From Caldimicrobium thiodismutans (GTDB taxonomy: Bacteria > Desulfobacterota > Thermodesulfobacteria > Thermodesulfobacteriales > Thermodesulfobacteriaceae): a stretch of 32,000 bases of DNA. Below are positions 9,032-17,798 of this stretch, in pieces (within the stretch, counting starts at the first letter, position 1; the number at the start of each line of letters is the position of its first letter). The notes under the pieces are model-generated. The model did no database searches and was not told the origin of the DNA. It was given only the letters and a program-made list of their open reading frames with translations. Both the position numbers and the translations under genes were made by a program. The stretch covers positions 960,001-992,000 of the forward strand of contig NZ_AP014945.1 of NCBI RefSeq assembly GCF_001548275.1, read 5' to 3'.

Positions 9032-10274
9032 CACCAAAGGCAATAAATTTGGTTGTAGTAAGTTCTTCAAGGCCCATGGGCCCGTAGGCATGAAGCTTAG
9101 TTGTGGAAATACCAATCTCAGCCCCTAAGCCAAGCTCTCCCCCATCATTAAAGCGTGTTGAGGCATTGACAAGAACCAAACTTGCATCAACCTCCTTTAA
9201 AAATTGCATAGCCCGGGAGTAATTCTCTGTAATTATAGCCTCCGTGTGATTACTTCCATACTGGGCAATGTGACTTAGGGCCTCCTCTAAGGAATCAACC
9301 ACTTTCACCGCTAAAATGAGATCTAAGAATTCGTATCCATAGTCAGAAGGGGTGGCTGCTTTAGCATAGGGAATATACTTTAGGGTCTCTGGACAGCCCC
9401 GGATTTCTACCCCATACTTTGCATATTCCCTGGCTACCTCTGGGAGAAAGCTTGGAGCAATGGCTTTGTGCACAAGAAGGGTCTCCATGGCATTACATAC
9501 CCCCGGTCTTTGACACTTGGCATTAACTGCAATGCTCAGGGCCTTTGAGAGATCAGCTGCTTCATCTACATAGACATGACAGACCCCTTTATAATGTTTA
9601 ATAACAGGCATTCTGGCCTTTTCTGTTACAAATCTAATCAAACCTTCCCCTCCTCTCGGGATAACAAGATCAATATATTCTTCCAGTTCAAGAAGATATT
9701 CCATGGCTTTACGCTCAGGGGTTGGGATAACCTGCACAGCCTCCTGGGGTAGCCCCATTTCTTCAAGAACTCCCTTAAAGATCTCAGCTAAAGCCAGATT
9801 GGAATTTAAGGCCTCTTTCCCTCCTCTTAAAAGAACTGCATTTCCACTTTTAAAACAAAGCCCTGCTGCATCAATGGTTACATTAGGACGACTTTCATAG
9901 ATTATAGCTATAACTCCTAAGGGAATGCGCATTCTTCCCACAAGGAGCCCGTTAGGGCGCCTCCACATCTTTACAACCTCTCCCACAGGATCAGGAAGTT
10001 GCGCTACCTCTTCTAAACCCTTTGCCATAGCCTCTATAACCTTATCTGAAAGGGTAAGTCTATCAATAAAGGCGGGGCTAAGCCCCTGAGTCAAAGCTAA
10101 ATTTACATCCCTGGAATTTACCTCCTGAAGATAGCCTTTATTTGCTCTAAGTCTTTGAGCTACCTTTAAAAGAACCTCATTTTTAACAGATGAGCTAAGT
10201 TGCATTAAGGTCCGAGAGGCTAATTTAGCTTTTTTTGCCATATCCAGAACCAGTGTCTTTAACTTTTCTTCCAT
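9012..10274 (-). CDS. proA: Gamma-glutamyl phosphate reductase ProA
   Basis: 420-aa ORF with GGAGG SD 7 nt upstream. Aldehyde-dehydrogenase-type ProA motifs (IYESRPNVTIDAA, NAVLLRGGKEA, QRPGVCNAMETLLVH, HTEAIIT, NASTRFNDGGE). Confidence 0.93.
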   Translation of the reverse strand: MEEKLKTLVLDMAKKAKLASRTLMQLSSSVKNEVLLKVAQRLRANKGYLQEVNSRDVNLALTQGLSPAFIDRLTLSDKVIEAMAKGLEEVAQLPDPVGEVVKMWRRPNGLLVGRMRIPLGVIAIIYESRPNVTIDAAGLCFKSGNAVLLRGGKEALNSNLALAEIFKGVLEEMGLPQEAVQVIPTPERKAMEYLLELEEYIDLVIPRGGEGLIRFVTEKARMPVIKHYKGVCHVYVDEAADLSKALSIAVNAKCQRPGVCNAMETLLVHKAIAPSFLPEVAREYAKYGVEIRGCPETLKYIPYAKAATPSDYGYEFLDLILAVKVVDSLEEALSHIAQYGSNHTEAIITENYSRAMQFLKEVDASLVLVNASTRFNDGGELGLGAEIGISTTKLHAYGPMGLEELTTTKFIAFGDGQIRS

Positions 10275-10302
10275 TTTTAAACCTCCAGATTAAAAATTTC
10301 TC

Positions 10303-10331
10303 TTGTCAGGACGATAACCTAAGTGTAGAAT
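10303..10331 (+). promoter_or_regulatory. Putative sigma70-type promoter for the HDOD/GGDEF-like gene
   Basis: -35 TTGTCA (10303-10308), 17-nt spacer, -10 TAGAAT (10326-10331), about 40 nt upstream of ATG 10370. Confidence 0.4.
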
Positions 10332-10369
10332 TTAAATCTTAATTTTATCATAAAAGGATAAAGTGGCCA

Positions 10370-11935
10370 ATGGGTGCCCTGGATGAGCTTTTAAAGAATG
10401 AAAATAAAAATCCGCCCCCTTTCCCCGATCTTGGTATAAAGATCCTTCAAACTCTCTTTACCAAGACCCCTCGGGAGATTGAGGAAGTATTCCAGACAGA
10501 AAAGGAGATATCCAGGTTTCTTATTGAAATCGCAAATCTCCCACATTTCCGAAAAGGTGCACCCCCTATTAATGACTTTAGAATGGCAAGTCTTGTCCTC
10601 GGAGAGACTACGCTACACATTCTTGCCCTTGGTCTAATTGCTAAGAAACTTATGCGTTCCACCTTTAACGAATTCAGTTTCCCCAGATTCTGGTCAAGAG
10701 CCCTATCCCAAGCAGTAGCCATGTATTTTTTTGCAGACCTTGTGGAGGACATCTCCAAGCACTTGCCTCTTTCAGCCTTTCTTCTTGATTATGGAATAAT
10801 TGTGATGTATCACATAAACCCTGAAAAATACTTACAGGTCTTACATTTAAAAAGGGAGGGGAAACCACTTCTTGAAGCGGAAAGAGAAGTTTTTGGAGTA
10901 GTTCATCCTGAAATAGGGGCTGAATACTTTGAAAACTATGGTCTCCCCAGAAGATTTATCCTTAATCTCTTATATCATCACTCTACTGATAACACATCCT
11001 TAGAAGTATCACCTGAAATTAAAAAGGATTTACTGCTTCTTCAAATGATTGACGAAGGTGTGGGAAGTTTTTTTAGTCGCAGAAGAGAGGAGCGCTGGAA
11101 GAGATTTAAAGAATTGGCCGGAACCTTTCTTACAGATATAGAAATTGATACCTTTGGAGAGGTCTTTCCAAGTATTGTCAATACCTATTTTGAGATTTTT
11201 GGATGGAATGAATTTAAACTTATATCCCATTCAAAGTGGCTGGAAGAAAAGGAAAGAGAACTCAAGCAACTTGAACTCACCCAAAAAACCAAAGAAGAGG
11301 ACCTCAAATTAACCATTGAAGAATACAAAAACAAAATTTTAGAACTCCACTTGGAAAAAAAAGATTTGGAAAAGACATTAGACCTTTTATGGCTTAAATT
11401 TAAGGAAAGAACCATATTAGATGAGCTCACAGAGGTCTATCAGGAGTCCTATTTTTTAAAAAGGCTAAAAGAAGAGCTTTTAAGAGCCAAAAGGTATCGC
11501 AGAACCTTTAGTGTTCTCTGTGTAGAACTGGAAAAATTAGATGAAATTGGAAAGAAATACGGTGCTGGGGAAGAGGAAAAATTTCTTAAAGAGATAGCTC
11601 AAAATTTTCAAAAACTTTTAAGGCGCGTTGATATAACTGGAAGACTTAGGGACTGGAATAGATTCTGGATTATTCTTCCTGAAACCCCCTCCCAGGGGGC
11701 TATGGTGGTTGCCCGGAAACTTTTACGCAAGGTTGAAGAACTTTATTTTAGGACCTATCAGCTTGAGGCCTCTCCTTTTATATCAGTAATAACCTACGAT
11801 CCCATAAAAGTTGATCCCAAAAAAGAACCTTCTGTAGAGACATTAATTAAACTTTTAGAAAAGGGGCTGGATCTTCTTAAGAGTAGAAAGCAAAACAGAG
11901 TTTTATTACTGAGGATAGAAAAGGATATTGAGTAG
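10370..11935 (+). CDS. HDOD domain / coiled-coil / degenerate GGDEF domain signalling protein
   Basis: 521-aa ORF. N-terminal HDOD-like region, central K/E-rich coiled coil. C-terminal GGDEF-fold region (DELTEVY...RYRRTFSVLCVELEKLDEIGKKYG...) where the GG(D/E)EF site reads RDWNRF, while an RxxD (RRVD) at the I-site position is retained. Confidence 0.7.
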   Translation: MGALDELLKNENKNPPPFPDLGIKILQTLFTKTPREIEEVFQTEKEISRFLIEIANLPHFRKGAPPINDFRMASLVLGETTLHILALGLIAKKLMRSTFNEFSFPRFWSRALSQAVAMYFFADLVEDISKHLPLSAFLLDYGIIVMYHINPEKYLQVLHLKREGKPLLEAEREVFGVVHPEIGAEYFENYGLPRRFILNLLYHHSTDNTSLEVSPEIKKDLLLLQMIDEGVGSFFSRRREERWKRFKELAGTFLTDIEIDTFGEVFPSIVNTYFEIFGWNEFKLISHSKWLEEKERELKQLELTQKTKEEDLKLTIEEYKNKILELHLEKKDLEKTLDLLWLKFKERTILDELTEVYQESYFLKRLKEELLRAKRYRRTFSVLCVELEKLDEIGKKYGAGEEEKFLKEIAQNFQKLLRRVDITGRLRDWNRFWIILPETPSQGAMVVARKLLRKVEELYFRTYQLEASPFISVITYDPIKVDPKKEPSVETLIKLLEKGLDLLKSRKQNRVLLLRIEKDIE

Positions 11936-12686
11936 TAAAAAAACACGGATTGATCTCCTTCTTGTAAAAAGGGGCCTGGCTGAAAGTCGTCAAAAAGCTC
12001 AGGCCTTGATCCTTTCTGGAAAAGTCTTTTATTCTATGGATGGGTTAAATTTTCACCCCGTTTTAAAACCAGGAGAGGCCTTTCCTGAAAGTGTGATTCT
12101 TCAAATTAAAGAGGATATACCCTATGTTTCCCGAGGAGGCCTTAAGCTTGAAGGGGCCCTTAAGGTCTTTGAGATAAATCCTGAAGGCATGGTATGCTTG
12201 GATGTAGGAGCTTCAACCGGAGGATTTACCCACTGCCTTCTCTTAAAAGGTGCTCAAAAAATTTATGCCGTTGATGTAGGTAAAGGGCAACTCCACTTTA
12301 AATTACGGAATCATCCTCAGGTGATTTTGATGGAAAATATTAATGCCAGATACTTAACACCAGATATGTTTCCAGAAAAATTTGATCTCATAACAGTAGA
12401 TGTCTCCTTTATTTCCCTTGAAAAGATTCTCCCTGTCCTCATACCTCTTCTTAAGGCAGAAGGTTTGATTCTTGCCCTAATTAAACCTCAATTTGAACTC
12501 TCCCCGAAAGAGGTAAAAAAGGGTGTAGTCAGAGACCCTAAGCTTCATTTCAAGGTGGTCCAAAAGATCTGGTCTTTTGCAGAATCCCTTGGCTTAAGAC
12601 CTCTGGGAGTTGCTGAAAGTTCAATTCCTGGAGCCAAAGGGAATAAGGAATTTTTTATTTGCCTTAAAAAGCAAGCTATGCTATAA
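11928..12686 (+). CDS. tlyA: TlyA-family rRNA (cytidine-2'-O)-methyltransferase
   Basis: 252-aa ORF. S4-like N-terminus RIDLLLVKRGLAESRQKAQALILSGKV, FtsJ-type SAM motif CLDVGASTGGFTHCLL, VSFISL. TTG start overlaps the upstream stop by 8 nt. Confidence 0.88.
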   Translation: MSSKKTRIDLLLVKRGLAESRQKAQALILSGKVFYSMDGLNFHPVLKPGEAFPESVILQIKEDIPYVSRGGLKLEGALKVFEINPEGMVCLDVGASTGGFTHCLLLKGAQKIYAVDVGKGQLHFKLRNHPQVILMENINARYLTPDMFPEKFDLITVDVSFISLEKILPVLIPLLKAEGLILALIKPQFELSPKEVKKGVVRDPKLHFKVVQKIWSFAESLGLRPLGVAESSIPGAKGNKEFFICLKKQAML

Positions 12687-12715
12687 TATAGTAAAAAAGC
12701 TTCAAGGAGGGCCCT

Positions 12716-13132
12716 ATGAAGATTGTTGTTGCCTATGATGGTTCAGAAGATGCAAAAGAAGGGGTCAAACTGGCACAAAAATTTCTAAAAGAAAATCATG
12801 GAGAACTAATCCTGCTTGGAATTGCTGCCAAAAGGGAGGATATGAGCCCTGAAGAGGTGCAAAAGGTTAGAACTAAAACTGAAGAGCTACTATCTGATGC
12901 AAAAAAAATCTTTTCAGACCTTAAATTTGAAACTGTCCTCCTTGAGGATTATTCTGTTGCTGAAGCTATTTTAAAGTTTGTGGAGAAAAAGGAGGCTGAT
13001 CTCCTGATTATGGGTGCTAAGGGCACAAGGCCTGATATTTTAAGATATACCCTTGGAAGCACTGCAGCCAAGGTTGTATCCTTTGCCCCTTGCTCTGTCT
13101 TTATTGTAAGAAAAAAGGTAACTGAGGAGTAA
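12716..13132 (+). CDS. Universal stress protein (UspA family)
   Basis: 138-aa ORF with AAGGAGGG SD. MKIVVAYDGSE...ADLLIMGAKG...LGSTAAKVV...CSVFIV is typical of the Usp fold. Confidence 0.85.
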   Translation: MKIVVAYDGSEDAKEGVKLAQKFLKENHGELILLGIAAKREDMSPEEVQKVRTKTEELLSDAKKIFSDLKFETVLLEDYSVAEAILKFVEKKEADLLIMGAKGTRPDILRYTLGSTAAKVVSFAPCSVFIVRKKVTEE

Positions 13133-13146
13133 ATACTAAGTGTTAA

Positions 13147-13971
13147 ATGAGTTCTCTTTTTCTTGAACTTGCCTTTTTAATATACCTTATTGCCTGGATT
13201 GGCTTTTTATTTTATTTCAAGACCTTAGATAAAAAGGCTCTGAAATTATCACAAGGGGTTTTGCTTACTGGTTTTTCCTTTCATCTCCTTTCCCTGTTAA
13301 TTTTGGTTAAAGACTTCTATATCTCCCCTTTTTTTACATTTCGTGAGGTCTTAAGCCTCTTTTCCTTTACCCTAATAGGAGTGTATTTTTATTTTTCCTT
13401 TGGCCGGGACAAGGCCTATACTCTGGGAACCTTTCTTTTGCCCTTGCCTATTTTATTTTTAGCTCTTTCTTTTTTCCTCAAAAAGGCACCTGCTACCCCC
13501 TTTTTACCGTATGTTAAAAGCCTCTGGTTTCCCCTGCATGGAATATCTTCTCTGCTCTCGCATGCCTTTTTACTCAACGGATTTATTGCCTCTCTTATGT
13601 ATCTTTTACAGGAAAAGGAGCTTAAAAGGAAACACTTTGGATACTTTTTTAAAAAGCTTCCTCCTTTACATTCCTTAGAAAGAATCTCAGAGAAAGCTCT
13701 TTATCACGGCTTTTTTTTCCTCACTCTCGGAATCCTGAGTGGAGCTTTATGGAGTGAACTTGCCCTTGGAGATTACTGGAGGTGGTCAGCCAAAGAGGTT
13801 ATCTCCCTATCTTTATGGCTCATCTATGCAGGAATGATCCATCAGAGGATTCTTATTGGCTGGAGAGGTAAAAGGCTTGCCTATATGTTTATCCTTGGGA
13901 GCCTCCTCTGGTTTTTTACCTTTTTCGTTGTAAATTTTTACTTTAAAGGCTTTCATACTTATGGTTACTAA
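13147..13971 (+). CDS. Cytochrome c assembly protein family (CcsA/HemX-like) membrane protein
   Basis: 274-aa polytopic membrane ORF directly upstream of and overlapping hemA. Trp-rich WWD-like motif GDYWRWSAKEVISLSLWLIY. Confidence 0.7.
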   Translation: MSSLFLELAFLIYLIAWIGFLFYFKTLDKKALKLSQGVLLTGFSFHLLSLLILVKDFYISPFFTFREVLSLFSFTLIGVYFYFSFGRDKAYTLGTFLLPLPILFLALSFFLKKAPATPFLPYVKSLWFPLHGISSLLSHAFLLNGFIASLMYLLQEKELKRKHFGYFFKKLPPLHSLERISEKALYHGFFFLTLGILSGALWSELALGDYWRWSAKEVISLSLWLIYAGMIHQRILIGWRGKRLAYMFILGSLLWFFTFFVVNFYFKGFHTYGY

Positions 13972-15334
13972 TTTCAAGCTCTGTCTTATTGGAGTTAATC
14001 ATAAAACTACTCCTGTGGAGATTAGAGAAAAGCTCTCCTTTACCTCAGCTCACATTCATCCCTTAGAGAAATTTCAGAAATTTTCAACCTCCTTTAAAGA
14101 GGCCTTTTTTCTCTCTACCTGCAACAGGGTTGAATTTTTCTTTGTTCATCATCCTGACCAGAGGCCCTTACTTTTAGAGGCCTTTTCAAATTTTTTAAAA
14201 GAGGAAACAGGCTTCACCCTGGAAAATCTTGAGCCCCATTTTTATTTTCTTGAGGATGAAAACGCTATTAGACATCTCTTTGAAGTAGCCTGCGGTCTTG
14301 ACTCCTTAGTCCTGGGGGAACCTCAGATCCTTGGTCAGCTCAAGGAAGCCTATAGGGTTGCTCTCCATTATAAAACCTCAGGCCTTATCCTGAATAAACT
14401 TATGCATCGGGCCTTTTTTGTAGCCAAGAGAGTTAGAACTGAAACTGGTATAGGGGGAGGGGCTGTTTCAGTTAGTTATGCAGCCTCTCAGCTTGCTAAA
14501 AAAGTGCTTGGTTCTCTACGGGATAAGAAAGTGCTTTTAATTGGAGCAGGGGAGATGGCTGAACTTGCCTGCCAGCACTTATTAACCTTAGGTGCTACAG
14601 AGATACTTATTGCTAATAGAACCCTTTCTAAGGCCATAGAACTTGCAGAACGCTTTAAAGGAAAAGCCTCCTCCTTAGAAGAACTCCCCGAGGTTCTCCT
14701 TCAAGCAGATATTGTAATTTCTTCCACAGGTGCCCCTGGTTTTATCATCACCAAAAAACTTCTTTCCCCTCTTTTAAAACCGCGCAAATTTAAACCTCTT
14801 TTTATTATTGATATAGCAGTGCCAAGGGATGTAGAGCCTGCAGTAAATGAACTTGAAAATGTCTATCTCTTTGATATTGATGATCTCAAAGAAGTGGTAG
14901 AGGAAAACCTGAAGGCCCGCAAAAATGAAGCCCTTAGAGCTAAAACTATAATTGAGGAAGAGGTGCATAAGGTCAAAAAATGGCTCTCGGAGCTTGCCAT
15001 AAATCCAACTTTGAGAAGGCTTACTGAAAAGGCAGAAACCTTACGCCAGAAGGAACTGGAAAAAACTCTAAAAAAGTTACGGAATATTTCCCCAGAAGAT
15101 AAGGAGGCCTTAGAGATCCTTACCAAATCCCTCGTGCAGAAACTCCTCTCCTATCCCATTCATTTTCTTAAAAGGGGGTATCACGAAGAGGGTAAGTTTG
15201 CCATAAGTCTCATCCGGGAGATCTATCAATTAGATGAGGGAGAAGAGAGCGCTAAAAAAGAACTTTTTCTTGAAGATACCTTAGAGGAAGCTTCCCTCCA
15301 GAAAGAGGATTCCTCTGTAAAAATACTTCAGTAA
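13961..15334 (+). CDS. hemA: Glutamyl-tRNA reductase HemA
   Basis: 457-aa ORF. N-terminal LIGVNHKTTPVEIREKL, active-site STCNRVEFF, NAD-binding VLLIGAGEMAEL, ANRT. Confidence 0.93.
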   Translation: MVTNFKLCLIGVNHKTTPVEIREKLSFTSAHIHPLEKFQKFSTSFKEAFFLSTCNRVEFFFVHHPDQRPLLLEAFSNFLKEETGFTLENLEPHFYFLEDENAIRHLFEVACGLDSLVLGEPQILGQLKEAYRVALHYKTSGLILNKLMHRAFFVAKRVRTETGIGGGAVSVSYAASQLAKKVLGSLRDKKVLLIGAGEMAELACQHLLTLGATEILIANRTLSKAIELAERFKGKASSLEELPEVLLQADIVISSTGAPGFIITKKLLSPLLKPRKFKPLFIIDIAVPRDVEPAVNELENVYLFDIDDLKEVVEENLKARKNEALRAKTIIEEEVHKVKKWLSELAINPTLRRLTEKAETLRQKELEKTLKKLRNISPEDKEALEILTKSLVQKLLSYPIHFLKRGYHEEGKFAISLIREIYQLDEGEESAKKELFLEDTLEEASLQKEDSSVKILQ

Positions 15335-15342
15335 TTTTCAGC

Positions 15343-15771
15343 TTAGAAGGGGATATCCTCTTCTTCAAGGGGTGGTAATTCTTCAATAAACTCGTGATGT
15401 CCCTCCTTGGGAAAAGAGGATTTAGAAGTTTCCTGAGCCATTCCTTCGGGTCTCCTATCAAGGATTTGTAAAGTTTGCACTAAAACCTCGGTTACAAATC
15501 TCGTTTGACCCTGTTTATCCTCAAATTTTCTGGTTCTAAGTTTGCCTTCAATATAAACCCTTGAACCCTTAGAGAGATATTCTCCACAGATTTCAGCTAA
15601 TCTTCCAAAGGCAACCAATCTATGCCATTCAGTAATTGTTTCCTTTTCGCCATTTTTGACATAGACCTCATTGGTTGCTACCCTAAAGACTGCAACCGGC
15701 TTTCCATCCATGGTATAACGAATCTCTGGATCAGCTCCAAGTCTTCCCACTAAAATGACTTTATTGACCAT
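15343..15771 (-). CDS. ssb: Single-stranded DNA-binding protein
   Basis: 142-aa ORF. MVNKVILVGRLGADPEIRYT OB-fold N-terminus and acidic C-terminal tip EEDIPF. Confidence 0.93.
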   Translation of the reverse strand: MVNKVILVGRLGADPEIRYTMDGKPVAVFRVATNEVYVKNGEKETITEWHRLVAFGRLAEICGEYLSKGSRVYIEGKLRTRKFEDKQGQTRFVTEVLVQTLQILDRRPEGMAQETSKSSFPKEGHHEFIEELPPLEEEDIPF

Positions 15772-15953
15772 ATTTAAACTATACCCCCCTCTTTTAAATT
15801 TTCAACCTATCAGGGTAGTATGATAAATTTTCTGTATAAACGGGTAGGATTAAAATTAACTCAGGAACATAGGTTGAATTAAAAAAAATTTTTGTAAAGT
15901 TCCCTCCAGGAAGCTCCCTAAAAAGTAACCAGGTAGGCAAAGATAAAAAGACT

Positions 15954-17504
15954 TTAATTTAATTTTTCCCAGAAAAAGCCCTTGATATTCCTCTCCCCTG
16001 AAGAAATCTCAATCCCTATAAGATAAATCTCCTTACACTTCCCCTCATACTTCTTATGATACCCCTTCTCCTTAAGTTGAACTAAAGCTTTAGCATCTGC
16101 CTCCTCTCCATCAACCACCTTGAACTCAAAAAGATAAACTCTTTCCCTATATAGCACTGTCAAATCTATCTGCCCCTTATTGGTTATATCCTCAGGGATT
16201 ACCTCAAGCCCTGACCCACATAAAAAGGCATAAAAACAACTGGCATAATACCCCTCATAACGAAAAAGCTCATTCCTCCTGAACCAATCATGGGGTATCC
16301 CTGCATAAAGACTCTCAAGAGCCTTTTTCATCTTCTCAAAATTATTCTCCTCAAGAGCCAAAAGAAAATCCCTTGTCTTTAAAGAAACTTCCCCTGTATC
16401 CCCTGTAAAATACTCCGCAAGCACCTCATTTAAGGCTAACTTTACCTCCTTATTCGGATAGGAAAGCTCATAAAGAATCTTATCTGCAAGCCTGAACATT
16501 CTCTTTATAGTTAAATAACCCGCTTGAAAAAGAAGATTCTCAGGCCTAACTCTATCTACATCAAATGACCCAATAAGTGAGTCTGTTGCTACAAGATTTT
16601 CAAGCTCGGGAAGATAAAAACGCTTCTCAAGAAGAAGCTTTATAAGAAAACTGGGAGTCCCTGTTTCAAACCAGTAAGGGTGAAAGGTTTTTTTCTTAAG
16701 ATAGAGAAGCACATCAAAGGGATTGTAAACGGGTTCCCCAAGCCAGGAATAACCATTATACCAGCATTTTATAAGCTCTAAATCCTTATCTTCTAATTCT
16801 TCTCTAAAGACCTCTTCAAGCTCTTCTTGAGTATATCCACAGATTTCTGCAAATCTTTTATCAAGGCTAATGTCATTTAACTGATTTAGGCCTGAGAAAA
16901 GGGAAACCTTTGAGAATTTGGAAACCCCCGTTAGGAAAACAAATTTTAAATAAGCATCAAGGGGTTTAAGAACACTATAAAAATTCTTAAGCACATCTCT
17001 TACTGCCTTTGCGGTCTCTCTATCCTCAATACAATCAAGAATGGGTTTGTCATACTCATCCACAAGAACTACAACTTTTTGCTTATACTTCTCATAACTT
17101 TTAAGGATTAATTCCTCAAAACAGCTTCTGTAATCATCAAGATATTCACATTCTATTTGAAGAGTCCTCTGGCATCTCTTAAGCTGGATAAGAATCCATT
17201 TTTTTAATTCTTCGGCACTGCTTACATCTCCTCCCCCAAAATCAATATGTATAACAGGATACCTGACACTCCAGTCCCAGTTTTTCTCAAGATAGAGCCC
17301 CTGGAAAAGCTCTTTTCTTCCAAGGAAGGCCTGTTTCAGGGTGTCCACGAAAAGGGATTTTCCAAATCTCCTTGGGCGGGAGAGAAAATAATATTTTCCT
17401 TCGGAGACAAGTTTTTCAACAAATTGAGTTTTATCTACATAATAATAGGGTTCTGAGCGAATCTCCACAAAGCTTGAAATTCCAATGGGAAGATTTTTCT
17501 TCAT
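15954..17504 (-). CDS. AAA-ATPase-like domain protein with C-terminal PD-(D/E)XK nuclease domain (PF09820/PDDEXK_9-type architecture)
   Basis: 516-aa ORF. N-terminus LPIGISSFVEIRSEPYYYVDKT, P-loop-like SRPRRFGKSL, Walker-B-like VVLVDEYDKP. C-terminal nuclease-like core GQIDLTVLYRERVYLFEFKV (D...ExK). No convincing SD. Confidence 0.75.
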   Translation of the reverse strand: MKKNLPIGISSFVEIRSEPYYYVDKTQFVEKLVSEGKYYFLSRPRRFGKSLFVDTLKQAFLGRKELFQGLYLEKNWDWSVRYPVIHIDFGGGDVSSAEELKKWILIQLKRCQRTLQIECEYLDDYRSCFEELILKSYEKYKQKVVVLVDEYDKPILDCIEDRETAKAVRDVLKNFYSVLKPLDAYLKFVFLTGVSKFSKVSLFSGLNQLNDISLDKRFAEICGYTQEELEEVFREELEDKDLELIKCWYNGYSWLGEPVYNPFDVLLYLKKKTFHPYWFETGTPSFLIKLLLEKRFYLPELENLVATDSLIGSFDVDRVRPENLLFQAGYLTIKRMFRLADKILYELSYPNKEVKLALNEVLAEYFTGDTGEVSLKTRDFLLALEENNFEKMKKALESLYAGIPHDWFRRNELFRYEGYYASCFYAFLCGSGLEVIPEDITNKGQIDLTVLYRERVYLFEFKVVDGEEADAKALVQLKEKGYHKKYEGKCKEIYLIGIEISSGERNIKGFFWEKLN

Positions 17505-17676
17505 AATTTCATTTTAAGGCCTCTTTTTCTAAAAATCAATGCTTTGTATGCGTCCATATCTTTTGAGACTCTATAGGATTTTTTCCTTGGGCCTAACACA
17601 AATTAAAGCTTTCCACATACCCATTCCTCTTCGGAAAGAAAGGATTAAAAATCTGCAAAATCTTTCCTTAAGTAGA

Positions 17677-17694
17677 GGTTTAAAATTTTAAACC
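17677..17694. repeat. Perfect 18-bp palindrome GGTTTAAAATTTTAAACC
   Basis: Read directly: GGTTTAAAA followed by its exact reverse complement TTTTAAACC, with no spacer. Lies inside element copy A. Confidence 0.8.
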
Positions 17695-17718
17695 CCTTGA
17701 ATTTTTTGTGGGTCTGTT

Positions 17719-17798
17719 GTAACACAGACATTCTTGTCTGTGTTTCTTTCATACATGGGAGTGTAATTTGCCTCCACAGGCAAGATTGCCTGTGTTAC
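17719..17798. repeat. REPIN-like pair of inverted 24-nt hairpin units
   Basis: Unit 1 (+) is GTAACACAGACATTCTTGTCTGTG, 17719-17742. Unit 2 (-) is GTAACACAGGCAATCTTGCCTGTG, 17775-17798. They are 21/24 identical. Each folds into an 8-10 bp hairpin with a 4-nt loop. One difference is a compensatory pair change (A-T in unit 1, G-C in unit 2). Confidence 0.6.

Noticed and set aside
15343-15771. ssb next to the AAA/nuclease gene as a marker of a prophage or integrative element.
   Set aside because: The SSB is canonical in length with the standard acidic tail. No integrase, phage or conjugation genes are nearby. Composition looks like the rest of the window by eye.
17539-17691. 50-aa + strand ORF (MLCMRPYLLRLYRIF...) starting just before the left terminus of element copy A. 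Copy B keeps the same frame, differing by a 30-nt (in-frame) deletion and several third-position changes (IPIPLRKER versus IPFPLLKER).
   Set aside because: There is no SD. The nucleotide alignment is ambiguous and admits alternative gapped alignments. Copy C is frameshifted with stops. The sample of substitutions is too small to infer purifying selection.
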